DNA from: Azolla caroliniana
Taxonomy: Eukaryota > Plantae > Polypodiophyta
Length of the DNA: 64,000 nt
NCBI GenBank assembly: GCA_043228905.1
Contig: JBHGNT010000002.1
Coordinates: 16,244,001-16,308,000, forward strand
Direction of reading: 5' to 3'
In this document: positions 24,908 through 37,763 of the stretch, piece after piece
Layout of the letters: every line of letters starts with the position of its first letter
Position numbering within the stretch: position 1 is the stretch's first letter
Translations under genes and position numbers: made by a program
The notes under the pieces: model-generated
What the model was told of the DNA's origin: nothing
Database searches by the model: none
The model's input: the letters and a program-made list of their open reading frames with translations, nothing else

Positions 24908-26490
24908 GTGGCGAAATGTTTCTTGGAAGTCGGTTGCGTCCATGTGAACGCTTACGGGATGCCGAAGCAAAAAGCTGGCATCGTCATCGACACGTTCGAA
25001 GGCCACGACGTGGATTGGGGAGTAATCATGGGCCCAACATTAAGAGAAGGCTTGCACGCCTTTCAGGCTGGGAAGAAGTTGCGTCCAATAATACAACAAT
25101 ACTTAACTGTGTTGTTTCCTTCCCAAGGACTGCCCGCACCGGATACAATACTCCGCCTCCACCTCGGTCCGCAAAATGGCGATTAACGGACCTGGTGACG
25201 ATGGAATGGGAGGAGGAACCAAACCTTGCCACCGTCAAAATAGCGCCGACGCAAGAGGAGAGGCAGGCCAACCGAGTCGATTCCGGAGAAGCGCCAACTA
25301 CGACCGAACAGGAGTTACAACAAGAGCCAAGCCACGGTAGCTCTAGGCCTAAGCGTTGACAACTAAATCACAAGGATGGTCGCAGACTGGTAAAGGATGC
25401 AAACGCACGGGTGGAAGATTGCACCCACGGAGCCCACACCTACACTGGAGCTCATCCACAAGCCGCAATCAATCATAACGCCACAATCGCAATGTGGAAA
25501 CGACGTGCTTACGACAAAAAGTGAAGTGTTACACTATCCAGACATTCTGGATACGGCCCATGATTTCGACGCATTGTTACAATTCAAGACGACATATGAA
25601 CTCATGGAATTCCTAGCGACGCACCAGATCAAGGTGTCCCAACGAATGGCCGAGGAGCACGCTGAACAATAGATGATTGAGTGTGCACAAACACAAATTG
25701 AGGGTCCACTAGCGAAAGTGGGACGGAAACGTAATGCAAGGGTTCGTCCGGTTGGAATTGAATTGCTTCCCCTGAATGCTGCCTTAGTGAAGGTTCATCG
25801 GGAGTTAGCAAAAGTGAGCTTGGATGCCAAAGATATGGTAATAAAAAATAAAAATGTTTGGAAAACAATAAAAGTGACCCATGAATAATTGAACAAGGCG
25901 CAGGTGCGCTTCGCGCAACTAGAGAACAATGCGGCCAGTACACAACCCCCTCTGGTCCCTGCCCTGCACGACATGGAAGTTCAGACGCTAAGGGAAGAGG
26001 TGGAAGCCCAAGTAGCACTCACGACAAAGGCCAAAAGGGCTACGAATCTAGCTGAAACGGAGATTGACCGCCTTAGATCATAGCTCCGCCAATCATCTGA
26101 CAGAGAAGCAGACATCAGGGCAAAAGGACGCAAGGCGGTCAAAAGACTTCAAGGTAAGCTCGATGCGGAGGTATCGGCACATGGCCAAACAAAGGAAGAG
26201 AAGGAAAAGCTGCAGGAGGAAGCAAGCAAAAAGGAGGCCATCATTACGGCATTACGGGAATTAGCACAAAGGAAGGTAGCGTCGTATGAAGAGAGCAGCT
26301 TGCACATGAGCATGAACAAACCCACCAAGTTGAAAAACGCCTGAATAATGAAATGGGCCGGCTCGAGGAACTGCACTTGAAGGAGTCCTAGATCTGGGCA
26401 CAGATGAAGACCCACTATGAAGAGGTGGTGACAGCCAACAAAAGGAAAATTGAGAATTTGAAGAAGGCTCTTGAGGAGTTGCAAGCTTGT
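24908..26490 (+). pseudogene. Retrotransposon accessory ORF (MPK...VDW domain plus a long coiled-coil-like part), fragmented
   Basis: MPKQKAGIVIDTFEGHDVDWGVIM aligns with MPKNRVGFIIATFKGLKVDWSVII at about 43.6 kb. The downstream fragments are E/K/A/L-rich. Confidence 0.7.
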
Positions 26491-29400
26491 CGCAAGCTGG
26501 AACGAATTCGGTGGCGCAGATGGTGAATGTGATGAACAAGGTGTTGAGGGACTGTATCCCAGACATCACCATGCCGTTTGTCGCGAAAGATGGATCAGCC
26601 CGAGTGGATGGATGTCGGAAGTTTGTCGCGAACCACATCTCCGACTACGAGAAGATATTGTAGAGGCTTGAGGGTGCTCGGCTTACCTTCTCCGGGGAGA
26701 AGTCGACATTCGATCAACCGGAGATCCTGGTAATTGGACACCTGTGCGGGCCATATGACCGGAAACCGTCTCTGGTGAAGGTGGAGGCCATCTCGGCGAT
26801 GAAGGAAGAATGCAGGTTGGCCACGGAAGTCCGACAATTCCTGGGAGAGTGCGCCTTCTACCACATATGGATCCCACATTACGCGCACATCACCAACCCG
26901 CTCTATGGCTTATTGAAGAAAGGGAGGACATTCGAATGGACGGGAGAGCATTCAGAGGCGGTTTAGAGAATGAAGGAGATGTTGACGGTGACACAAGGCA
27001 AACACTCCGGAAAGCAGCATACAAGGTAGCATACAAGGCAGACACTCCAGATTACGTAATGATAGACACGAGTCCGACCAGAATCAGATGGGTGATCAAT
27101 CAGGAGGACAAGGTTGGTACGTGGTTCCCCATTTGGTTCGGAGTGAAGGTCTTAAGCAAGCAGCAGCGAGGATACGCCCAAGTTAAGTGCAAGCTTTGGG
27201 GTGTCGTTTCGGCGTTCAATGCCAACAAAGACTACTTAATCGGGGTGGAGGTGGTAATCGAGATGGACTACCTACCAATTCTCGGTATGGTTTCTAGATG
27301 TGCGACTCCCGACCTGGCGATGCTCAGGTGGATCGCATACATCAAGTCCCTGAATATGGAGATACGACACATCTCCGGAAAAGAAAACACCATGGTTGAT
27401 ATGCTTTTGAGAGAACGGTTCCAAAACGAGGACGGCATGGTGTCGGAAGACGAAGAAGTCGGCGTGAACTTCTTCAAGTCAGCTCGAATGTTGGCAAACA
27501 AATGGAGCACTCCGGACCTAAACAAGTTCAACGAGAGCAACTACGATAGGGAGTGGCATCAAATCAGGTAGTTCCCAAGCACGATGGTGCCGAACGCGAC
27601 ATGGATGAAAGTGGAAGAGGGTCAAATCATGAGGAAGGCATACGGGTACTTCATACGAGAGAGAAGGATCTAGTGGCATCCGAAGAAATGGATAGCCATG
27701 CCGCTCCGGATGGTGACGAAGGTAGAGGATCAGTCGGTGCTTGTGTCAGATTTCCACGAAAGTCCCTGGTCCGGACACCGAGGCACATGGGCAAAATTCA
27801 ACAAGCTGAAGGAGAAGTACTGGTAGCCGGGAATGTATCGCGACGTGCACCACTTCATGACGACATGCGAGAGTTGTCAAATGCATTCCGAAATCTGGCA
27901 CCAAGATGAGTTGCACCCTACCTACCCGCCAACCATTCACTTCAAGTGGATGGTTGATCTAGTGACAATGCCAACGGGGTTAGGACATATGCAGTACCTT
28001 GTGCTTGCAAGAGAGGACCTAACGAACCAGGTGGAATGTTGAGCCTTAACGAACAAGACGACTACCGCAGTTTGCAGGTTGCTGAGCGAGGATGTCATCT
28101 GCCAGTATGGGTGCGTGGGAAAAATCGTGGCTGACCATGGGGAGTTGGATGCGCAGGAAGCAGAGGAGTTGTTTGATCGTCTAGGAGTCAAGCTCTCCCT
28201 CACCACGGCATACAACCTGGAAGTAAACGAGAAGGTTGAGAGTGGGCACGGGCCAATTGTGAAAGCGTTAGTACGGGCATGCTGGTAGAGACTACTTCCA
28301 ACGCACAGTTCGGTAACCGGATACATGCCGACCGAACTCATGTTTGGGCAAAAGTCGGTCATGCCGATAGAGCGGACAATCTCATTGTGGATGGCGGTCG
28401 ACTGGATGGAGGAAATGAGCCGAGAGGAGTTGTTGGCGGCGTGGATCCGACTGCTCGAGTGAAGACTAGAAGATATCGAGCGAGCGACAACGAGAATGGA
28501 CGAGGCATGGGGGAAGAACAAGGGCCGGTTCGATTGGACACGCCGGTTCCGGCCGAAGAAGATCGAGGAAGGCAACTGGGTGTTGGTCTACAACAACAGC
28601 CTCAACAACCAGCACCGGTCGATCCAAAAATTTGTGAGGCGGTGGTTTGGACCTTCCATGGTAACGATCGCGAACGGCAATGCAACATACCACCTTGCAA
28701 AGCTCAATGGGACAAGGATCGTGGTACCGGTTGCGGGGAAGCGGATCAAGGCTTTCAAGAACCGGCACGAAGCAGAACCGGATATGGAGGACGAAGACAG
28801 GAGCCTCAACAAGGGCGAGGGATCGGATCATGACTTGGTCAGCGACGGAACGGGAGAGGACGAGTAAAGGTTGAGCTGGAATCTTCACCGATGCACTACT
28901 TGGCACATGCCGGAGGATGTGTGGTTTGGTGGGGGTGGATGTCGTGAAGAATTCCGTCCATATGGTGAAAAGGGTTTGAGCGCATGTGAACGGGGGTTTT
29001 GGCGTGAGGAGGACCGGTCGGACAAGCATGTGAGTGAGGGTGTGCAAATAGGCACAAAACACAAGGATTGGAGTACAAGAAATGTAAATATGTGTAAAAT
29101 ATTGAAGGTACTAGGTAGAGTAGTTAATGGGAACTTTATATCCCACACGCATAGAGAATAAGAATAAGTTTAGATGGAGAGAATCGAGAGAAATCTCTGA
29201 CAGAAATGGCTCCCATTTACTTGCGATGTAACAGCTTCCCCTTTTGCTATAAAAGGGGACGTTTGAGACTGTTTTGAGGATCCACGTTTTTGGGGAGAAC
29301 AAAGTGTTGGCCGACCGAGCTCTACAAACTTCCATTTTCTCTCATTCTCTGCTTTCAATTTCTAGTTGTGTTGTAAGGCCTCTGTTTCGCGTTGGTAGCC

Positions 29401-29870
29401 CGTGTGCTCCCATTGGAGGCTCGCTAGCATTTGTGGGTGTGAGTGTCGGGAGCTCAAAGCTTTGTGTTGCCGTCCACGTCCGGTTGTAATCTTCTTCTTT
29501 TCTTTCCTTTGTTAATTATTAACGTTTGTTAAGTCTCTCTTGTGTTCGGGTACTTCCACATTGTATTTGTGCGTCTCATGTTGCCGTGTTTCGAGCCCGT
29601 GTCTTTATCCATGTTCTATTCCCGTTTGCGTGTGCGTATCCGAGTTTGTGAGCCTGTGAGCTCCCTGTTGCTAACCATCGACCGGTCGGGAATAGTATAC
29701 GTCTCCGAGCCCGTGTGCTCACTGTCCGGTATCCAATCTGAGAATTGATCCGGATCGGATACACATTCGGAGACCGACCCGTACAACCTTCCTCTCTCTC
29801 ACTAGCTCCTTGGTTCGAGACCCCAGTGGTCCCACCCCATTTCTACACATAGCCGCCAATTTCCGCGACA
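26491..29870 (+). mobile_element. 3' half of a tRNA-Trp-group gypsy element (RT C-terminus, RH, INT, PPT, 3' LTR 28940-29870)
   Basis: Homologous to 8500-10600. The FDDIPIKG motif is deleted near 26578. PPT gggggtgga lies at 28931-28939 and the LTR reads TGTCGTGA...CCGCGACA. Confidence 0.92.
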
Positions 29871-32110
29871 ACGATACAGGCAGTACCGTGAATATCACCA
29901 TTGGTTCAACGATCGTTGGGTCGATGCACCCTATCTCCTTCAACAAGAATACAAAGGCCTTCTTGTGCCTCTCGAGCATTCTCTAAAACCGGTCCTTCTC
30001 CGCCGGTAGTAGAAAGCCACCCCCATTGATCTTCAGCTTCCACGGTGTCTCATCGGTGAACCGGTGCCCTATGCCGGCCAGATCTCGTAAACTCAGATCA
30101 GTAGTTACCCCCTTCATTCACTTCCAACTATCCTCCAGTAAGGGTGTCGCGATAGGCCTCAGCCTCCAGTCCACAAACTTGTACTTTGTGTCGACTCGGG
30201 GAATCTGATCCGATCCCACCTTCCTTTCGAAGTCCGCGATGACTTCATACATCTCAATGGAATTAACCGGAATTATCTGGTCTTCTCTTAGGCTCGCATC
30301 AATCACCCTCCCGATCTCCCCGAGGGTGTCGTCGAATGAATTTGCCTCCATGGCGTCATTGATCTCCTCATCAGGGCCCAAAGCTCTACATGCCTTCAAG
30401 CGCCCTTTGACCTATTTCCTCTCCCGGTCGTTGATGTCGGTCGTTGCATACCCTCTACTGTCGGAGAACCAAAATTTCCTACTTAGTGTATAAGTGTGGG
30501 GATTCTTCTAGCCATCTGGACTATCGCGGCCCCACTCATTGATAGCCCTCTTCAAAAATCCTCTTGGCACTCGATGGTGAGGGAGTCCCGGTTCCTTTCA
30601 TGGTTCGGCTGAACCGTCAAAAATTGGACAGAGTGCCGACCATCCTGGTTCTTTACCCGAGCATATGCCGAACCATTATCTAGCACCTTGGTCTCCATTC
30701 GAGTCGTCGTGATGTATGGTTCGTTGAGAATTACCATATGGGAAGATGTCTCCTATACGAAGAAATGTTGGTTGACATCCATATCGCCGACCTTCATCTG
30801 GACATTCGGGCATGCCCCATGTAGCTCCTCGGTCGCGCGGGTTGCCGCACATATCTTCCATCCATGCTTTGTGTTGATCGGTAACCTGCCCTTCTTGTAG
30901 AAGTCCATCAACATTAGGTTGATCTCTGATCCGTGGTCGATTAGTGCCACCACCGACTCCTGCACATCGTTGATCCGAACCGACGTCTCCGTCATCGCCC
31001 TAGCCCAGTGTGGCTTCATATAATGGTTCTCAGCGTATTCATCTTCTACCGCCACTTCATCGATATACGTTGCTTTTACCTCGGCCAACTTCTCCGGCTC
31101 CGGCTCCGTCGAAAGTTGCTTCCTCTTCACGAGGTCGATGATCAAGTCGTGGAACTCTTTCTTCACGATTCCTTACACCTCTCGTAACAAGAGTTGCACC
31201 CGAATGTCAAGGACCCACTCCTCGAAGACCTTCTGCAAGTTTGTTGTCTTCTCAATCTCCGAGCTCAACCGGAAGCTCGGGAACTTCATCTTCTCTTTTT
31301 CCTGTGGCCCGGTCGGACCCCCGTCGGTTCTCTTCGGTCCGCTCCGAGTGTCGTATCAATTAGAGGGATTGGCCCCTCTAGCCTTCCCAACCCGCTTACC
31401 TTCAACTAGAACCTCATAGTTATGGCCCGCTTCTTCCCAGAGAACCCTTCTAACACCACCAGCCAGAATCTGGCATCCCTTGTCGCCTTGCCATTTTCCC
31501 CTCCAGCCCGAATATCGGTCAATGCTGAGTGATGGACGACGGTCTCGGCGTGCCGCGCCGCAGCCTACTCCATCAGCCTTTTCATTCCGCCCTTGTAGGT
31601 GTTTATCTCCAAGGGCCTCCGCGTGTCGCTCGTGTGTACCCATCCCTTCCAAAGGTACACCACATTGCTCTTAAGCGCGTCTGTGAAGTTGACGCAGTCT
31701 CTCCAAAATATGGCCGATGTCATCCCACCACATGCACCTCTAATAGTTTGGTGGGCGCCGATCAGGTGCTTGACCGCGCCACCTTCCCTCCGAGCCTGAG
31801 CAATCTAAAGTTCGCACACCATCTTCGTCAGCTCTTCTAGAGCCGCGCCCCGAGACGGTCCTTCGACCACGTTGGCCAGAACCGCGCTTGACTCGAGCCA
31901 CCGTCTTGTCTCTACCGATTGAGTCGGGATCAGTTCCTCCAACTTCCTCCCGGAAATCGGGCCGGTCGTCGACGACCCACCTAAACTCTTTTAACTACGG
32001 CCCAGTCCGTCGTAAGGCCGCCATCCGTCTCAAAGAGTAGACCCACCTTCTCCCGATCAAGCGCGTCGACAGACTTAATGAATAGCAGGACTTTACTTGT
32101 ATCGAGCACG
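29871..32110 (-). mobile_element. gag-PR-start-of-pol fragment of the same gypsy group, opposite strand
   Basis: VLDTSKVLLFIKSVD, ALIDHGSEINL, ...QEDF*, and EIGCIDPTIVEPMVIF. Confidence 0.92.
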
Positions 32111-33296
32111 TAAACACACATATCTCTTCCGCTACACAAAATCATATCCGATTCTTTACACAATGTATAACTCATGAGGTTCATGGCTAAAATAATACAT
32201 CAATATTAAAGTATTATATCCAATCAATGTATGTGTTGAGAAAACTCCATAAAAGGAATGTATTGTTCTTATAAGCTCGAAGCATATCCTCATTAATTTG
32301 AACACTTGTTCAATTAGTCCATCAGACTAAAGCAGGTCTATGCAGACTATGCTCAAGGTAGTTTATAATTCCATAATGGAATTTTGGACCGAAAATTCAC
32401 TAGTAATTGGAAATCGCTCACTTATATATGTTGGTAATTTGACAATGGTGACATTTAGTCACATTAACCATTAATGTCATATGAAAAAGAAATGAGTAAA
32501 GAGATGATAACAAGTGTATGATGTATTTCAAGATGCCTATTTGAGGACAAATGCCAATAAGCATATAAGTTATGCTCAAGACTCAATGAATGACCAAATG
32601 AAGTAGGATAGGTAATGATTGGTCCAGGTTCAATGTATGTATGTATAATGTTATGCAAAGAAGTGAACGAGTTGGTCAATGGTTACACATAGAGGTAAAA
32701 AGTTAATGCCACATCTCTTTTACATGGGGGCTTGTGGTTGTGTCGACCAATGTGAAGGCTTCGGGTCCATTTGTGATCTTATTAAAAACCCAAAGCGGTG
32801 CAACATTGGGGTTTAAATAGGATTATAGCTAGGTCTAGCATCCATACAACATAAAACCCCTCATAGTGTGCCCTTTTTGTGGGAGGGCCCCCAGATACAT
32901 ATATTTTGCTTGCATAAACGAAGAAGTTATTACACCCAGGGGGTAGTGAATGGCACGAGAGACGAGCATGGATCGGGTGCATAAGAAAGAGAGAGAGAGA
33001 GAGAGAGAGATGGGTGCAATGGCAAAGGGGATGCGGCGAACGAACTAGCTAACTCATGAGCTTGTGAGAGTGTTTTCATTAGAATGAAATGTTGTGTGAT
33101 TTGATCGGCACGAGGGGAAGGGGCAACAAGCAGTGGAGGAATGAAATAGAAGCGCGGAAGAGGATGTCACGAGGCGACCAACCCAACGGGCATAAATGGC
33201 GGTGGTGTGTATGTATGTCGAGTCAATCGAATCGGTCCAAGTGTGAGGTGTTAACGGGCCCGAGAGGATTGATTAAAAATGCATTGCTATTGGGTA

Positions 33297-33331
<35 letters not shown>

Positions 33332-34329
33332 TTGGGTTTGGTTTGGGGGGGGTGTTGATGATAGCAAATAACGAGAGATGCGCCGCCAGCCTAATTACAG
33401 CCATTATCCACACCCTCTTTTTATTTATATACATATATATTTATTTATTTTTGTGTGAGATTAATCATTAATTCATATACATTCCATATACATATTCTAT
33501 TTCGTATTACATATTTTGTGTCGATAATTTTTGGTACAAATAAATAAATAAAAAATGGTTTTTTGACAACCAAAAAACCCAATAATAGAATTGTTTGAGT
33601 ATAATGGGATTAAAATGCATGGAAAATATATAATACCCCCTCCCCATCCCCCCCCCCCCAAATCCATTTGCAGAAGACGGGAATTAATTAATGGAAATCA
33701 AATTTCGATTTTGATGAAATCCCCACCGTCTCCTCCTCCTCCCCTCTCCTTCCCATTCTCTCCTTCCCTTCCCTTCCCTTTACACAGACAGACAGACAGA
33801 CAGAGGATTACCCTCTTCCTCTGCCTCTGCCTCTGCCTCTGCTTCTGCCTCTGATCAAAGAAGAGATCAGACAAATCTTTTGCCATTCCCATATATAGCC
33901 ATAGATCACCTGAAAGCTTTCTGAGAATTGGGTTTTGCTCTTCCTTCCATCTCCATATTTTCTAATTGGGTTCTCTTCATCTCTGAAAGAAGAAGAAGAA
34001 AAAAAAGAGAAAAAAACAAAAAAAAACAAAGGAAAAGCAGCAGAGAAAGGTTTGATCTTTTCTAATCTCTCGCTATCTATCTATCTATCTATCTATCTAT
34101 CTCTGTAGCCTTAAGTCTTAAGGCTGCTACCCCAACCATGGATCCGACGCCCCTAAATCATTGGTGATGATGGGCAGGTCGGTCTCTCTACAGCCGTTTT
34201 AAGTTCTGGGAAAGCTGCAAACCAATTCAAGCTTGACAGGCAAAAAAAAGAATCAGTTTCATAGGAGAGAGACAGAGAGAGCAGCGATTTGTGAAGAATT
34301 TTAGGAGGAGGAGGAGGAGGGTTAGGGGC

Positions 34330-37300
34330 ATGGCGGCTCAGAGAGGGAGTAGTGTGGACACTACTTTGACCAAAATATTTGTGGGCGGTCTGGCATGGGA
34401 AACACAGTGTGAAACCATGCGCCGCTACTTTGAACAATTCGGAGAGATTGTCGAGGCCGTGGTCATCACCGATAAGACCACGGGACGATCTAAAGGCTAT
34501 GGATTTGTGAGGATCCCATCCTTTCTTCTCTCCATTTTCTATCTCCTTTATCTTATGTTATAGCTCTTAATCTCAAATCCCATCAATCATGCCTTAATTC
34601 TCCATCTCTTGATGATGATCTTCATCTCAATTCTCATCTTGTTTAATCTCAAATCCCATCAATCATGCTTTAACTCTCTATCTCTTGTTGGTGATCTTCA
34701 TCTTAATTCTCATCTTGTTGTGTTCCATCTCAAATCTCATCTTAATCTTGGGAACTTAATTAAATCTCAACCATCAAGTTTATTGTCTTGATCTTAGTGG
34801 AATTGGTTTCTCCTCCTTGATCATGAACTTGAAATTAAATTGCTTTTACGTCCCTAATTTTTAAACCCCCAATTGGTCTTATCCTTGATCATCATAAACT
34901 TGAATCATAACCACTATAATCCCAGTCTCTCCTCAAAACAAATCATGATAATGAAAGCTCAATCCTACTAGGCGTAAATCTCATAAAAAACTTTGTATAC
35001 TTCCGGCTGCCAATTCTAGCTACGATCTGTTTTAAGATCTGTTTTAAGCTCCTGAAACGGATCGGAAATGTTAATTAGGGTCTTCCATTCCATAGACCAG
35101 CCTAAAGTCTGAAAGGGTGTTTTTGTCTGTGTTACTAGGTGACATTCCGAGATCCCGAGGCGGCACGGCGGGCATGTATGGATCCTGCACCCATCATCGA
35201 TGGAAGGCGGACAAATTGCAACCTCGCGGCTCTTGGAGCTCACCGATCACGGCCCACCTCCCCCCTCTTCCAAGGCAACCAATAATTATACCATTAATTA
35301 TTTGAAAAGCTTGATTTCTCATCCTCAGTTCTCTTGAATTCCTTTTTCCTTGTTGCTCTCTGTTATAAATACACCAGAGAAGGAACTTATATTTTTTGTG
35401 TGTGTGTCTGGTTTTTGAAAATATCCTTTAATATCTTATCAATCCTCGCTCCTCCCAATCTCAGCAGAGAATCTGTGTCTTTTTCTCCGATTATGGTAAT
35501 TATGGTCTTGTAACTACTATGTTGGGTATTTGGGTTTTATTTTAGGGAAATTTTTATGACCAGGAAGAATTTGTGTCTCTTCACATAATACATTGAAAAA
35601 GTATGCTTGCGCTTTCTCAAAATTATGTCTTTATGGCTCATCAGAAAGCTACTACTAGAGATCCTCTTTATCTTTAACTCTTATCTATACCTGTCCATTC
35701 TCTTTCCATTCCATTGCTTGGTGTTGCTTTCCTAATGTTATTAGAACCTAAAGATCCATGTATCCCTACAACTAATCTCATTATAAATCTCCATCCCCAA
35801 ACTCTATCCATAACAGAATTGACAACCTTTCAGTGGTAATCATGGTCCCCTAATCTTTAAATCGGACAGATGGTTCTTTTGGGGTCCAGCATTATAATTA
35901 ACGACGCTTTACAATCTGTTTTGAGCACCTTTTTCTTATTTATCATTGGGCTCTTGTCGGGCTAAACGGTAGCAACATTACATGGTGTGGTAACACCATT
36001 AAAGGTGTAACATACTTTTTCTCCTTGGCACATTGAAACATGCCACCAGACATTATCATAATTTCGTCGTCTTGTGTTGTGTTGTGTGTGTGTTATGCCA
36101 TGTGCTAGAGAAAAAGTATATACATACGATTGAGTTGAAGTGTCATCGAACCTAATCTCGTAATTTTGATGGGGGGATAGGTGCCCGGTTCATTCCATAC
36201 ATGGGTGACTTTGGCGGCCAAATGTACCATGGCGGTGGAGGAGCTCCTCCTTTCGGACAACCTCTGCATTTCCCGTATCCGCAAGGTTTCCCCTTCCCCC
36301 CTCCCTTCGGGTAAGCTCAATTTTTCTTAGACAAAAAACCTTGGACTCGTGTCCAAAGTATGAAAGAATGTTGTGTAGCATGCATGCGTGTATGAATGTA
36401 TGTATCAGTATGTAATGCATGAATGATGTGCGTCTCTGTGTGTGTAGGGGGGTGTACACAAACACCCATCCATCCATAAGTTTGTATGTTCACATGTTTG
36501 TACATAAAACAAATGTAAAGTATGTACGCATGTAAAGTATATGTGTGTGTACGTATGCAATACTTGTTTCCATGTATGCACAAGACAAGTCAAATACTAA
36601 TAACTCAATGAATTTATGTATTAAAAAGTATGTGTTGGATGCTCTTGTTTTCCTTGGATGGAAAAGATCATATCTCATGTTTAGTATAGGTTTTCCTTTC
36701 CTTTTTAAAATGTACACCCTTATGCTTATGTGTGATGGTTAACAGGTACCCACCCTATGGGCCAGAGTTTTATGGAGCCCAGGTATGGAATCACCCAGTT
36801 TTCTATCTCTTCAATCTTATCCACTTAATCCATCTAATCCTAATCTTTAGTGTATATGCAATTTGTACTATTGCACATGAAACAAGGTGTGAGGAAGCTA
36901 TATGCTAGGATAGATGGTCTTGTGGTGGGCCTTTGAGCTATAGTATCATCATCATTATTATTTCTTGTTGCATTATTGGGTGACATGAGTTTTGGAGCTA
37001 CAATGTGAAATCCGGATCAAATAAAAGTTGCAATTGGAGAGTCTATTGCTTTACATGGAAAGTTTAGACCAAATACTCAAGTAGCGTGTGCACAAGAGAG
37101 AGAGAGAGAGAGAGAGTGTGTGGAAAATGTTAAAGAAAGAAGAAATTTCAAAGACACACGATTCGGGTGCTGTTGTCTCCTTCTTGTCACAGGAATGATC
37201 TGTTTGGATTCCATGTACATTAAAGAATTTACTTGGATTTTTAACATTTTGAAGTGAGAAAAAAAGATGGTTTACCTTCGATTTTCAAGTAGATGGGCCT

Positions 37301-37763
37301 ACTTAAATGTCAGTGTTGTGATGCAGGGTATGTACCCTTTTATGGGCCCACAATTCCCATCTGTATATACACCACAAAGTCCTTTCCATCAACTCCATGA
37401 TTCTCAAGGGGCCGGCACCATAGCGCCACCGCAGGCACAAGCAATGACTCCGCTAAGCCCCCCTCACCCACCTCTCATTGGTTCTCCCTACATCCCCTCC
37501 CACATGCAGCCTCACCTTGTTCCTATCCCCTTCCACTCACCCACAGGTAACAAACATATCCATACACAAAAGACACATCTAAAGGTTGCGAGATGTCATT
37601 ATCTTAGTGTGTATCGTTTTGACATTCTATGTCTATGCATATATGTCTTGGTGTGTTAGGTGTTGTTCCTGCACCTGGGCCTTCATCACAACGTTTCGGG
37701 CTGCCATCTCCATCGGCACAACCTTTCACTCCTGGGGGTAGCTCTGAACAATCATCGGGTTGA
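34330..37763 (+). CDS. Single-RRM RNA-binding protein (RBM24/RBM38/ARP1-like), 267 aa; exons 34330-34506, 35139-35274, 36181-36310, 36746-36782, 37327-37546, 37660-37763
   Basis: [16 protein letters not shown] (RNP2), RSKGYGF|VTF (RNP1), [13 protein letters not shown], and a Pro/Gly/Tyr-rich tail. The exon phases join into an 804-nt ORF. All introns are GT-AG except intron 2 (GC-AG). Confidence 0.9.

Larger units (their letters stand above)
11149..26490 (+). mobile_element. Non-autonomous gypsy (Athila-like) derivative: LTR about 11149-11601, leader, gag fragment and accessory ORF, split by the copia insertion
   Basis: TATA near 11324, ...TAACA followed by a TGGCAACCAC PBS-like tract. The sequence resumes after the TAAGT TSD at 24288 with gag-like RFQYPKYQDDPDVEAHV...EFGMTLEGPVARW. 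Confidence 0.6.
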
